From Hydrolagus colliei (lineage: Eukaryota): a stretch of DNA of 64,000 nucleotides. Location of the stretch: contig CM068742.1 in assembly GCA_035084275.1 (NCBI GenBank), positions 93,124,001 to 93,188,000 of the forward strand. The letters run 5' to 3'. The translations under genes and the position numbers were made by a program. The notes below the pieces were generated by a model that saw only the letters and a program-made list of their open reading frames with translations, was not told the DNA's origin and did not search any database. The stretch's first letter is position 1; each line of letters starts with the position of its first letter. Below, one piece after another: positions 22,101-35,072 of the stretch.

Positions 22101-25014
22101 GGGCATGGCGATTCTTTAATGGGGCTTGGTTCAAGTGAATCTGGGGATTTGTGTGAAAATGTGTCAACATCATCTTGCATGGGACTAGCCTCAAGGGAAT
22201 CTTTATGACTGATGGTCAGAGATTCATCTCCCATTGGACTTAGACTGTCAGTGTCAAGAGACACTCCAGTAAGAGAAAGTTCCATTCCGTGATTTCTTGC
22301 TGTGGATTCTGGTACAACTGGAGGTTTAACTGATGAAACCTTTTCTCTATGGTTTTCTTCTTTCGACTCTGGAGAGGTCTGATCATTCAACATTTTTTCA
22401 GTACCAGATTCTCTCACCATTCTTCTTGGCATAGGAACAGGGAATTTGGAGTCTTTGTCTTTGGACTTGCTATCTGGTGAAATGTCATGCCTGTCAAGTG
22501 GTTCTGCTTGCATAACAGTGTCTGAAGGCGTACAGGTAGTTTCACCACTGATATAATCTACATGTAAAACATTGTCTGTTTTAAGGACAGAGACTGATTC
22601 ACTTGTGGTCTGTTCGTCCACATCATCTTGAGTCATTTCCATTGATTGTAATTCATCAAATACTACGCAGCCAGAATCTACAGTAAGGTCATTATCGGTG
22701 GTATCAAAGGACTCTTGCGTTGCTACTGGTTCAGTTGAGCCAACATTGTGAGTTTCTGATAATACATCTGCTTCCTTCTGAGATCCTATGGCAGTCACTG
22801 CAAGATTATCATTTATGCTAGATTTAATTTTATTGGAAGAAACATCATTTTTCAGACTTGCAGAATTGTCGATCGGTGGTGTTGAAGATTCATTAATCGT
22901 AATCGGTTGATCCTCACTCACTATTTTAGCAACATTTGCAGTATTGTTTTTGTCCAGAACTGGCTCTTCAGTTTTCTTGGGTGAAAGGGACAAACTTTCA
23001 GGGCTTGTTTCTGGAGTCTCAGCAAGACCTTCATGTTTATAACTCTCCTCTGAGCTGATTTGAGGTGTCCCATCACCTAAGCTAAAACTGGGAGAGTCAG
23101 CGATGCCTTCATGTTTTAGGCTTTCTGAGCTGTCATCAAGAGCACCATTTGACAAACCTGTGTCTGACAGAAATGCATCCTTCACATATTCCTGTGGGAA
23201 ACTAATGTTTAGCTCATGTTGAATAGGACTTGTTGCAACTTGCTCCAAGTAAACTTCTGTTTCTTGAGTATCTAACGTTTTCTTAAACTCTTGATATTTG
23301 TCATTATCTTCCAACTCCTCCTTTATGACATCACTAAAATCAGTGGAAGTCTTTCTGTCTGGACTGATCTGTAAATCACTATCATGATGGTCTTCACTAC
23401 TCACAAACATTTTGCTTTGCCTTTCAAGATCTTCAGCAAAGACTAATTTAGAATTATCCACTTTAGAACACACATCATGTTTGTCAACAGATATTATGAT
23501 GGCTTGTGTATCTTTGGTTGAAGGTATTTGGATTTTTTCTTGAGATTGAACTGAACAGATCATTTCTGTGGTTGTTTCATCCACATCAAGTGGAATTTGG
23601 GTAATCTCAATTTTTCCGCTGTGGTCTCTGTGCATCTCTGACTGATGTACTTCTGATGAAAGTTCTACCACATCTGCTTGCGCTCCTCCAGCAACTTTGT
23701 CTGTGGGCAAATACGTTCCTTTACGGTCATTGTAAGACACTTTAGACTTATTTGATTCCTCCAAATCTTGGCTCTCTGGTAGTGAAGTAACAGATAAGTG
23801 CTGAAAGAGTCGATTCATTTTCTTGGACGGATCTTGTCCTGACTGAAAAGCTTTCATGAGTTCGCGCACTGACATAGTCTCTTCCAGTCTTTCTGTCACG
23901 GTGGGGGGAACCAGGGGTTCTTCATTGTGTGGCACATGTTTACTCGTTGTTATTGAAATCTCTTCCTTTCCAGAAACTTTTGTTTGTTTGCGCTGGCCTT
24001 CCTCTGCTTCTACACGTTTCTGAAGAGCCTTCACCTTCTCTTTTATGGAACCTATGGGAGTTTCTTCCACCAAAGGTGAGGTAGCATCTGAAATAGGTGG
24101 AGGTGCTAATGTGGTTTGTTTCAATGACTCACTGACATCAGATCTAATGGTAACTTCATGCTGCATTTTTCTAACCTCTGTCCTCGTTTCAATAGCTGAG
24201 CCTTCAAGTAGAGGATCTTTAAAAGATATTGCCAGGCTTCCTTCCATGAATCTCTGAAGCACTGGTTTTGTTTTACTGGGTTCTGATATAGTTTGGTCTT
24301 TTGTCTTCTGTGGCACCTCCAGTTCTTTCTTTGCCACTGAGCCTACAGACTCTGAGATAACCTTATAAGTTCCACTGTTAACATCCTTTGTAACAATAAC
24401 AGCATCAAACCTCTCTTGAACAATATCTGCTTGGCAGACAGTTGCAGGTGCATTGTCTTTATGCTGTTTTAGATACACCCCTAGGTCCTCGGACAAATAA
24501 TTCAACATTCCACTTATGTCTTTCTCTTTCTTTACTGTCTTTGACAGTGTTCCCCGGTCAACTTTACACTCTACAAATGGAGGTTCAAAGACATCTGCTG
24601 GCACATTTTTCTTAACTTCTTCGATTTCTTCATCGCTAAGAATAACCCAGTCTTCACTTGGTTCTTCACATCTTCCACCACCAGCTGCTGCTTTCCTAGA
24701 TTTTTCACCTTCGTACCTTCCACTTCTTAAGATTTCACTCACTATCTCCAAATCTTCCTTCACTTTTTCTACAATTTCAAATGGTTCTCCTGGTTCGTCT
24801 TCATTTTCCTTTCCTACCTCCTTTACCTCTACTGGGCTTCCTTTACCTGTTGCCGTCGAGTCTGTTTTTAAGAGCTTAGTCACCTTGATCAAATCTTGTT
24901 TCATGTCAGACACATCTGAAAGCAAATCTGGGCTTGCTAGTACGGGGATATCATGAACCAGATGAGATTTTATTGCTGCAGAAATCTCAATGGATTCGGT
25001 CCCCTCTTCTTCAT
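19198..25014 (-). CDS. ANK2: ANK2 giant neuronal exon, 5817 nt (1939 codons; giant ankyrin-B insert)
   Basis: Open frame in register with the 1926-aa ORF; acceptor atgaag|ATGAAGAAG, donor GAAG|gtacca; phase 1/1. Conserved blocks: [74 protein letters not shown]. Confidence 0.95.
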
Positions 25015-27671
25015 CTTCATTTTTAACAAAAACATTTAAATAAAAAAATGGGATTCAAAAAACAGAGATTGGAAAATGTAATCAGGGATGACACAATACA
25101 GAGTCTTTAGCTGAAATGGTGGGTCAAAAATAAAACATGGATTTGGATGGTAGGTCGGGTCCACATGGTCTGAGAATGGATACAATTGCAAAGCGAAGCC
25201 AACTCATAAACAGGAAAAGAAACAGGCAGGAAATAACTTGCTTTATTTTCACCAGAACACATCCACACCACGGACAACACCAAAGCAATAAACAAACTGA
25301 ATTAACCAGGATACCAACAGATCAATAAGCAGAAATAAATAAGAGCAGTGGGTTTACACAGAGATAGGCATCTCAAGATTGTTCAGATGTAACAGATTCA
25401 TGTCTAAAGAAAAAGATCAGAAACGACTGAAAGCTGATTTCCTCTTAAAGAAAGCCTGTACTAGCAAACTGTCAGAACAACATTTGTAGCTCTCTTTATT
25501 TCTACAAAATTGTAAGTAATAGGCTTATATTATTTTTAGGAGCTGGAGCTAAGAAAACCCTACAATGACATGTCGTACTATCTGAACCAGCTGCAAACCG
25601 GCATTTCAACAAGAAGAATTTCAAACCTAAATGCATAGAATAAAGAAAAAGCTATTTAAAGAAAGTAAGATTCTTTCCTTGGAACATCCTAGTTGTTCTG
25701 ACAACTAAAAAAGCTAACATTATTGCAAATAAATTAATCAAAATGGATCAACGAAAAAAGATCTATACCGAGAAGAGTTAAAAATGTAACCAATAAATGA
25801 ATTCAGAGAAAAATAATGCGGTGGATATAGCAAAATCAAAATTTTTTGCAACACTCACGCAAACACACATAACGCTTAAGCAAAGTTATTTCCATGCAAA
25901 ACTAAAGTGTTGGCAGCACTGGGCATGCAGCCTGATGTAAACGCTGGAAAATAGACATTTAACATTGTGTGGCATTGCAGTGAAGTACAGTGTTGGTTTG
26001 ATGCAGGATATTTAAAAGTGAATTCGCAGCTTTCATTAAAATTTTATTTCTATCAGAATTGGAAAGAACACTTTAAAAATAAAACAGACTTTGTCATTGC
26101 ATTGAAATAAATAAAATCTGAAGGACTGATGATTTTAAAGGTTGACATGGGATCTGTGGGTATTTTTTTGTGAAGTAAGGTGTGATTATAAACAACTATC
26201 ATTTTTATGAAAGATTTATTTATTTTATCCAAATGAAATTAACTACCTGGCATCAAGATCCTTGATTAATTTTTAATATTGTCGTTATTCGTCAATATAT
26301 TGCAAAATATTGCTATATGTACATTTACCTAAAATGGCTAGCTTTACATATCTGCATACCAATTTTGCTTAGACTTGTAAAAGGAACTCATGTACAAATT
26401 ATGTGTGAAAACAATTTACTTTTAAAAGGTAATATTTTATATTTAGAGTATCAATGCAGTTTAGAGCAAGCAAAACATTCCTCATGAATATATGAGGATC
26501 ATGCAGAGAATAGCAGAGTAATAGTAATCTTAAAAATTAAGGGGCACTGACTGAATCTTGTGTTAACTTTTACAATAAATATTATTTTGAATATTCTCAA
26601 TATTGTACCAGGATCTTCACCAAAATATATGAATGAGAAGATCCAATTCTTTTGAAATAAACGGCAATAAATCCATTCTGCTTTCTGGTATTTATTTTTC
26701 TGCAAATTCAATACATCCTTATATATTGAACATGCCAACAGAATAATTTTGCTTGCAAACTACCACTGATGATAGGGTCTTCAACAGACTCAAGGGGCAT
26801 TTGGTGGATAGACTAGCGATTATCAATACTAACGATAATTTCAACGCTAATCGATTTTCAGGAATATTAATAGGTTAATTAGGTTAATTTAAGCACTCTG
26901 ATACACTACCGTGTGTGGAGGTGCTGTATAAGTGTAAGTTGTTGTTGTAATTATATTTAAGGACAAAACTGAGCTGGGCACCAAAGACTGTAAAATAATT
27001 CTCATAATTCTTGCATTTGATGCAACACCTTCCATGGTGAGTGAATGTCACTGGAATTACAGTTGCAATGACTGTGTAATTTGTGGGTGAAGTCAGAATA
27101 GTTTTTGATAACTTCTGTAATGTAATGTAAGTAATGTAAAAATGCCCAAATAATGGAATAACCCACCAAATGCTCCTGTCCTACTATCATTTTACTTTTG
27201 TAATTGTGCACAGGTTTGGGTTTGTGTTTTTAAATGTAAAAGAGACCAAACTGTACTTCACGACAGCAGCAGTTGCCATTGTGATATTTAAACATTCATT
27301 TGAACTAAATGGAGATAAATGTCAAGTGAGACATGGGAATAGCCATGTCTTCTACTCATCAAAGAGTAAGAAAGTTAACAAGACAAACATGAAGAACTGA
27401 AAGGATTTCATAATGAGTGCAACAGGCACAGCAGGACTATAAGGGATGTCAAAGGAAAATGAATACTTAGATGATAAAATTCAATTCAGTATTAATACTC
27501 TATAAATACTATAACAAACCATTATGTGGTTAGAAATTTAACAGTTGTTAATTTGAATTACTGTTACTTCTAAAAGCATTAATAACAAATTGTTAAATTG
27601 GTTTAAATCTTTCACACACTTATGCTGATCCTCATAATTTTTTTTAATATAAGGATAGAAAAGGTTCTTAC

Positions 27672-27693
27672 ATTTTTCTTGCATTCCGGTTGT
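27672..27693 (-). CDS. ANK2: ANK2 22-nt microexon (TTGMQEK + T)
   Basis: tgtttcacag|ACAACCGGAATGCAAGAAAAAT|gtaaga; supplies the phase 0 to 1 shift needed before the giant or death-domain exon. Confidence 0.88.
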
Positions 27694-29664
27694 CTGTGAA
27701 ACAACAGATTCAAAATTAGTGTGGGTAGCATGACATCATTTTGAGCTGGTTAAACATTTCTAAACTTGGGTAGTAGGTTTGGAACCAACAATGGTGGGAA
27801 GTGAGTTTATGCTTCTATCCACCCTCCCCTTGCCACTGAGTTCCTATTCTCAAAGAGTTTGTTTCGAAGAAGGGAGGAACACTGGAACATTCTTGTTGTC
27901 TTAATTTGGAGATAGGCTTTCCACTGAAGGTTTTTTGCAAATTTGGGACCATTCATTTCCTAATTCAAATTCCAAGAGGGTGAAATAATTGGGTAGTCAT
28001 CCCTTAATCTCTCATACCAGCTCCAGCCTACTTTTCTTGGCAGAGCCCTAATCTGCTTGTTCTCCCAGCCTCTCAGAGGTGATGAGTACGGCTTCAGTCA
28101 ACAATAATAATAATCCTTATTTGATATAGCGTCTTAACATATCTACGAGACGTCTCAAAGCACTTCACAGAATATCCTGTGAAGTGAATTGACTGTATAT
28201 TTTGTGGGTGTATATGGTTGCCAATTGCTTATAGCGGTGTCCCACAAACAGTCATGAAGTAAGTTGAATAATTTCCCAGATGAACGTTTAGTTGAACAAT
28301 TTCTCTGCCATAGTCAGTTTTGGGGGGCCGTAACCATGTGCACATTCAAAAATATACTGGACACACGGTTGAGAGAGAATAAAGTTGTGGAATATGGGGA
28401 AAAGGCTGGGATATGAGACTAGGGATAAGATATAGGAATAGGCACTTGTGTGGTATAAACACCAGCTGGACTGGATGGGACAAATGGTCTGTTTCTGACC
28501 AGTACAATCTATTGATAATCAGCACAGAAATTCAGTGAATGCTTCACTGGCTTACAGTGAAAGAAGCAAGCAATTTCACTCTGGCAGTCAGTGATAACTA
28601 TGTCTAGTTATAATTCATGCCTGTTAACCTTAATGCCTGTTTTGGGTCAACGTCATAATTATCACCATTGTCACCATATCATCCTTCTGTCATATTTATT
28701 ATATTAAACACCTTGAGAATGCTGCACATGAGAAATAACAGATGTAAAATCTTACGTCAACAGTAGGAAACACATGTATTCACTGAATGAAATGAGATGT
28801 AGCAGCAGTAATGCAGTAAGCAGTAAAATTAGTAACAAACTTATATTTAAGTACGTAATCATACTGAAGCATCACAAAATCTTCACAGCAATTACTGTCA
28901 CGCATAGTAAATGTTTAAGAATGAGCAACATGGAAGAGCTAATGCAAGGCTTTCAGGTGTTGGTTTTATGTCATTACTATGATCAGTTGAGGACATAATA
29001 ATAATAGTAATCCTTGCATTTGTGGGATGCCCTAGCTTGCCATCATTACAGCATGTCTGCACTACACCAATTCCCTGAAATGGACCTTTGCACTGCTCAC
29101 AGAGGGGTCTTGCAAAAAGATTATTAAAAACTTAGGCGGGGTGAAAAATCCCTGGGAAACAAAAGAAACTATTGACATAACTATTTAGCTATAACAGTAT
29201 CAGTGGCAGTATAATGACTACAGTATTTACTTTGAGACTAAATGTTTGCCACAATTTGTGAAATTCTTCTTTACTGCTAAATGCAGCACAACTTCACAGC
29301 TATAAATCCATAGGGAAAACAAGAACACCGTGTATTAAGGTTGGAGCTCCTAATTCAATTACAATAGAAATTCAGATGGAACCAAGAAAATGAATGGAAC
29401 TCTTGCAGGAATAATGTCACTTGTTACCATAGGTCACCAAATTGTTAAATAGTCACTCAACTTGCATGTGTGATGCGTTTTGTCTCATTTCAATATTTCA
29501 ATATGACAGAAGGCTATCAAAATCATGTTCTTCCTTTCTTCTTTCTTTTACAAAGTCTGATTTGAATACCCCCTCAACATCACTTTTGTGCTTTGGAAGT
29601 TCTGGGCCTAGTTGGGATGTTAGGAATGATGTAACTAGGACTGGATTACAAGTGCTAAAATTAC

Positions 29665-29697
29665 CTCTTCCTCTTGCTCTTGATCTGATTCGGACTC
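29665..29697 (-). CDS. ANK2: ANK2 33-nt exon (ESESDQEQEEE)
   Basis: gaaaag|GAG...GAG|gtaatt; matches the ankyrin-B peptide. Confidence 0.95.
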
Positions 29698-30880
29698 CTT
29701 TTCCATCCAAAGGCGGTTACAGGGGGGAAAAAAACACAAGAATTGGCAGAAGGTGGATTAGTCAGAAAATAGATAAAAACAGAAATAAAAGAGCAACAAA
29801 ATAACACACACACTAACATTACTAGTTGCTCAGCAAGAATGTTCTGCAGTAAAACACATATTTTAGTACAGTACAAAGTTTCGGAAGAATGATATAGGTT
29901 TAATCAAACCAACATCTATAGAGCTGGCATTTTTTTAGTAATCAATCCACAGTCTAAAGCAACATGTTTCTGCTTTAATGGGTTGATTAGTAACAGCATG
30001 GATTGTTCTGCCAACTGTGGGAGAAAAACAGAAATATATCTGATTCTCTTCAGAAACTGGATAAAGCTGAAATAAATTTCAGGTATTAAGTGATAAATAA
30101 TGGATTAGTAATTTGCACATCTGAATAGTTTTACATCCACAAATAACTACTGTTAAATTAAATGTTATAAATGTCCCACAATTGTTATCATTTTCTTTGC
30201 TTTTGTTAGTGCTTTTCTTTGCTTTGTTTTAAGTGTTCTGCATCAATTCAAAGTCTCTACTTGTATTCTGTAGTAACTGCTACAGAAGAGTTAAACCATA
30301 TAAATAATATAAATGATCCTTATGTTTTATATAGCACTTAAATGCGTCATTGAAATATCTCAATGCGCTTCACAGGATTTTTACTGTAAAGTGTAATGAC
30401 TCTGTATTTGTACTTGAATTCAGCAGCTAATTTGCACACAGTCCCTCACCCAGCCAAGAGAATGAGGGCAGAAAAGCCTGAAGGCCCAACAGCCAATGGT
30501 TGGGTGGACAGGACGGGGGATGTTGAGCGGGTCAGTGCCTGGTGAATGGCAGGACTAGTCAGCATGGTAGGGTTCTAGAAGGTTATCGAGGTAGGGTAAG
30601 GTAAGACTGTGGAAGGATTTAAGAGTAAGGACAAGGGTCTTGAAATTGATCTTGAACTTGATACTCTGGGGAGTTCAAACAAAAATTAGCCATTTTATAG
30701 CATGAAAAGCTGTCTGGTTAGAATTAAAAGGGCACAGTGCACTTCTGGTTAGTGCAAGTCCATATTAGACACATGCTGTAAGTGTCCAGCCCTGATTTAA
30801 TTGACAATAATGTGAGTCTGGAGTTCTGTATAGTGATGATACATGAACAAGATGTAGAGTAATATAGCATTTTGTTTTAC

Positions 30881-31003
30881 CTTGGTGTAAGAGGGAAGTA
30901 TGATATTTAGGTTGCAGATAGCATGGTGTGCAAGACCTCTTGTGGACTTTGGCTCTCTTATGAAGGATAGGCGTCCACAAGGTTCCTGAGTAGTATCTCG
31001 TAT
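30881..31003 (-). CDS. ANK2: ANK2 UPA exon, 123 nt ([41 protein letters not shown])
   Basis: taacag|ATA...AAG|gtaaaa; phase 0/0. Confidence 0.96.
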
Positions 31004-31534
31004 CTGTTAACATAAAGAATTTGTGTTGTTAGATGAAACGGCAATTAAAAAGGCACTCTTTCCACAACAATATAATAATTATAACCCATGGTATTGATCC
31101 AGCTACCTTGGATCATCGTACCTGTTAAATCACTGGGTCAAAGGGTTCATCTACATCTATGTCTACATTTCCAAGCATCATTGTTCAGAAAGGCATGTTT
31201 GTCAACTACCAACAATACCCAAGACTATTAAGTACCTGTTAGCTTTGCCTGTAGTGTCTCCTGATGTAATTTTAGCCATTACATCTAAACAAATATTGAT
31301 AATTTTATCAATGCTGAAAGAATGAATTGCTGAGTGTATCCATCTTCCTCTGACAAAGTTTTGCCACTTTCATGAAGAGAGGGTCCATTTAAGATAGTGA
31401 CATATCCAATAATGTCTCAAAGCACCCATCTTGTGCCCTCCGCAATTCATATAGTGCTTTGAGACGTCTAAATGACGTTAAATCTTACAGAATATACTGT
31501 AAAGCGAATTGACTATATTTTGTGGATCACTACA

Positions 31535-32060
31535 ACAACAACAAAATTACATTTATAGAGTACCTTTCACCTTGGGAGGACTTCGCTAGGCGCTGAACAG
31601 TCAGGTTGGAACCCGAGTAAGGGCGAGGGGCAGGGTAGGGAGGAGGGGAGGGAGGGAGGGAGAGAGTTGGGAGGAGAGGGAGAGATTTGGTAGAGCAGCA
31701 GAAGGCACGGTCAAAGAGGAGGTTCTTGGGACCGACCTTGAAGGAGGCAAGGGAGGGAGCGAGGTGAAGGGACTGTGGGATGGAGCTCCAGAGTGTGGGG
31801 GCAGACAGGCGAAAGCCTGTCCACCGATGGTAGGGCGAATTGGGCGGGGGACTTGGAGCAGGCAGGAGCCCACTAAATGGAAGCGGCGGGGAGATTCATA
31901 GAGGGACAGCAGGTCAGAGAGATGGATGGGGGGTGGGGGCAAGGCCATGAATGGCCTTGAAAGTGAGGACGAGGATCTTGAATTTGATTCTCTAGAGGAT
32001 GAGGAGCCAAGAGAGCTGGGCGAGGGTGGGAGTGATGTGGTCGTGGAGCCTGGTGCGGGA
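31535..32060 (-). mobile_element. L2 LINE 3' fragment
   Basis: (caa)n tail; ORF2 end HWLP...FKIL-like (ttgaaagtgaggac...ttgaatttgat); GC-rich. Confidence 0.8.
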
Positions 32061-32584
32061 GAGAATATAGAGCTTTCTTTTGGAACACAGGGAGATCAAT
32101 GCTCCTCCCTGAACCCATAAATGTGTCTCCACTGCCACCCTACAATATAGTCTTTGATACAAAAAGCATTAACCTAAGATATCCACTAATAGGAGACGCC
32201 AGAAGGTTGCCTCTTTGCATGCAGCAGGATTACAGAAGGATATTTTAAAATCTTACATGAAAAGGTATTTAACTCCACTCAAACTTTTTCAATACCAGCC
32301 TGCCCTAACTGGAGAACTCAGACAGAATTGTGCACAAACTGGCAGATGATTACACATTCTGGTATGTCCTTCACTCCAGCCGTTGGAATCCATTTGAATT
32401 CTCACTAGACCTGATAAGCACAATGTGTATAAGAACTACACACAGTCATTCATACATCTAAGCCCAAGTAACATTTTAGTTTACCGACTATGAAAAATAA
32501 AGGGTTAGTGTAATCACGAGCTTCATGTCTCAATGTTTTGCTATATTTATACAACAAGCACATTACATCATTAAGTTACTTTAC

Positions 32585-32710
32585 CTTGACAAACAATGCA
32601 AGTCGGTTTTCTTTGAAAGCGTAGAAGCTGAAGAGATGGTGCTGGCCGCTCTTTGTGAGAGGTACAAGGTTACCAAAGCAGTCAGCGTAAATAGGCTTGC
32701 CTTCCAAAAC
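32585..32710 (-). CDS. ANK2: ANK2 UPA exon, 126 nt ([42 protein letters not shown])
   Basis: caacag|GTT...AAG|gtaaaa; phase 0/0. Confidence 0.97.
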
Positions 32711-33990
32711 CTGTTGAGTCATAAACAATTCATGATGGAAAACTGTACTTCTGATTTATCATTTTCCTTCTTTGATGTATTACTGTGCTAGAGCCACTGC
32801 AAAAAATCGTAAAGCTCTACATGACACCATTGCAAAAAAAAGTAATGCGATCAAGTACAATAGGATCTTAATATGAAACACTGCAGTGAACCTCCTCCTA
32901 ATTTTCCCTAACATTACAATTTATCCTCAAAATAATACATTTACTGAAAGCTCATTGAAGGGTATTCTGTCCTCATAGCTATGACTATTTTCTAATATTT
33001 GAACATTCGTTTTCATAGTATCACATGACACCACCAAAGTTGGTAAATTCACCAGTGAGATGGTATGCCTTTGAAAGTCTACTTTGACTTAAGGATACAG
33101 TCCAAAACAATTCTGTTCAGCATTTTGTCCATCGTATTTAGTGAGCCATTAAAGGGATTTTCCATTATAGCATAATGCTGTATAGAATTTTTTCACTGAT
33201 GTTTCTTTTCAGTACAATATCTTCCAGCAGCAGAGAGGTTCAGCCCAGAAGACCTGATTTATATCTACCTATTTCCTATTGTTTTTGCTATGGGGCTGAG
33301 CACAGCTCTGCTCTCTACAGCAAATCTCTTTAGTAGCATAATAAATTGTCCACTTAAACTGTTGAGAAACATATTTTTGAGCAAGGGCCGAATCGAGTTG
33401 CATTACTCTAATGGTCTCAGCAGCTGGATTTCAGAGTAAATCACTGCAGTATATACAGCATACTGTGATCTTTGGTGGCAATTTGGCACAAGTTTTGCAG
33501 AAAACCATTATGAAAAGTATGTACAGTTTTGCTATTAAAGACTCCATATGATTTTTATCCTCAGCTAATTTTTTCTTCTCAATTTTCTCTTTCTCTTCTC
33601 CTGAAGGCTTCTGCCTTCTTTTCTCTTCTATTGCCTTATAGTTCCCCTGGAACTTGCCATCTTTTGATGACAAATATTCTTATGTGAGCTTTAACAGTAA
33701 ATCTTGGCAGACTGTTTGACCCCAATAGCCATCACAGCAGTCCACACAAATACGCTTTGCATTGGGTGTCTCTCTTCAGCAATTAGGAGGGTAACTGTGT
33801 CTATTTTTCCCCTTCATAAATTGTGGAGTCTTAAGTCAAATGTAGTACCCCATCAATTGTAGTATCCCAGCTAGAGAATCAGTTTACTCAGTACTGACAA
33901 TTGCTAACTGGTCTGTGCCATTATTCACTTGGCCATGAGGACAGCAAGGATATCATATTTGCCAAACCCATTGAATATTCTTTCCATTAC

Positions 33991-34219
33991 CTCAACATCT
34001 CTGCTCCTCGCAACTTCTGTGAAGTTTTCCTGTTGTTCCAGTGTTTTGTCCACTTTGTCATCTGTCATACAGAAGCATCTCAAACGAGCCTCAATGGGAT
34101 CAAGTGATTTGGCAAACACCACAAATTTGGCCATGTATGGTACACAGATAATCTCTCTGTACACTTGTGTGGCAAAGTTAACAGATTCCTGGATCTGTCG
34201 GCAGTCTATGAGCCAGAAT
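33991..34219 (-). CDS. ANK2: ANK2 exon, 229 nt ([13 protein letters not shown]...ARSRDVE)
   Basis: ttttcag|ATTC...GAG|gtaatg; phase 2 to 0. Confidence 0.97.
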
Positions 34220-34975
34220 CTGAAAAAAAAAGGTTCATTTTCTGAGCTGTGTACATTTTAATGCTCTCAATTTTTTTTAATGCATGAGACTGAACACATA
34301 ATACTAAAGCACCTGAATTTTCTTGTTGATCACTTTGGTAAGAGCAACAAGTCTTCAATAAGACATTTGTCCTCTGGAATAGAACCTTATTGTTAATGCT
34401 CGGTTTGCGAAAATCAATTCTGTCACCATGAGACTACAACAGAACATTGAAGTGAAAATTGTGCTAAATGATGTGATAATTTGCAATGTGATAACCCCTT
34501 TACAGTACATCATCTTGACGTGAAAATGCTATTCGAAATGCAAGGATTATTTTTATAATAGTGATCAAACTTGTCCTGAACTATCAATATGTTTGGGAGT
34601 GAACATCCTACATCCATATATATCACTGCCTTTTGAAAGGAACACAGTGAAGGCTAATCAGATTTGACTGATATTCTGTACAGCGGGAATGAAAGTGGTG
34701 GCTGCAAAGGTGGCAACACACAGTAAACTCCACCAACTTCTGGTCAAACCATAATTATCATCAGTGATAATTATCACCATATATTTCACTCCAATCCCAA
34801 AGGAGTTATCCAAAGGGTTGTTGGTCAGGATCCTAGAAGATACGGATACCATCTGAATAGGCAGATGGGATCTTGGTTTAGCATCTCAGCTGATGGACAA
34901 GTGCAAGTTGCTTGCTCATGCTGTAACTTGTTTACAATTGCAAGCTTGAATGAATTTCTTCTTGAAAATCCTTAC

Positions 34976-35072
34976 CTGGCTGATACATTTGTTGTGAAAG
35001 AAACACATTCATTGACAAATGATAAAGGTGTAGTTCCTGTTATATCTTCCCATTGGGCTGGGGTTGTTCCAC
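34976..35072 (-). CDS. ANK2: ANK2 ZU5-2 exon, 97 nt ([32 protein letters not shown])
   Basis: ttccag|GT...CAG|gtaagg; phase 1 to 2. Confidence 0.97.

Noticed and set aside
19605-24956. Multiple plus-strand ORFs over the giant exon
   Set aside because: Antisense shadows of a biased coding sequence, with no independent signals.
29498-29664. ORF running through and past the ESESDQ exon
   Set aside because: Wrong frame; intron read-through in the ANK2 frame stops after VILALVIQS.
33431-33673. Charged protein-like ORF (EEKRRQKPSGEEKEKIEKKK)
   Set aside because: Purine-rich low complexity; no usable phase-0 splice sites, and it would interrupt the UPA fold.
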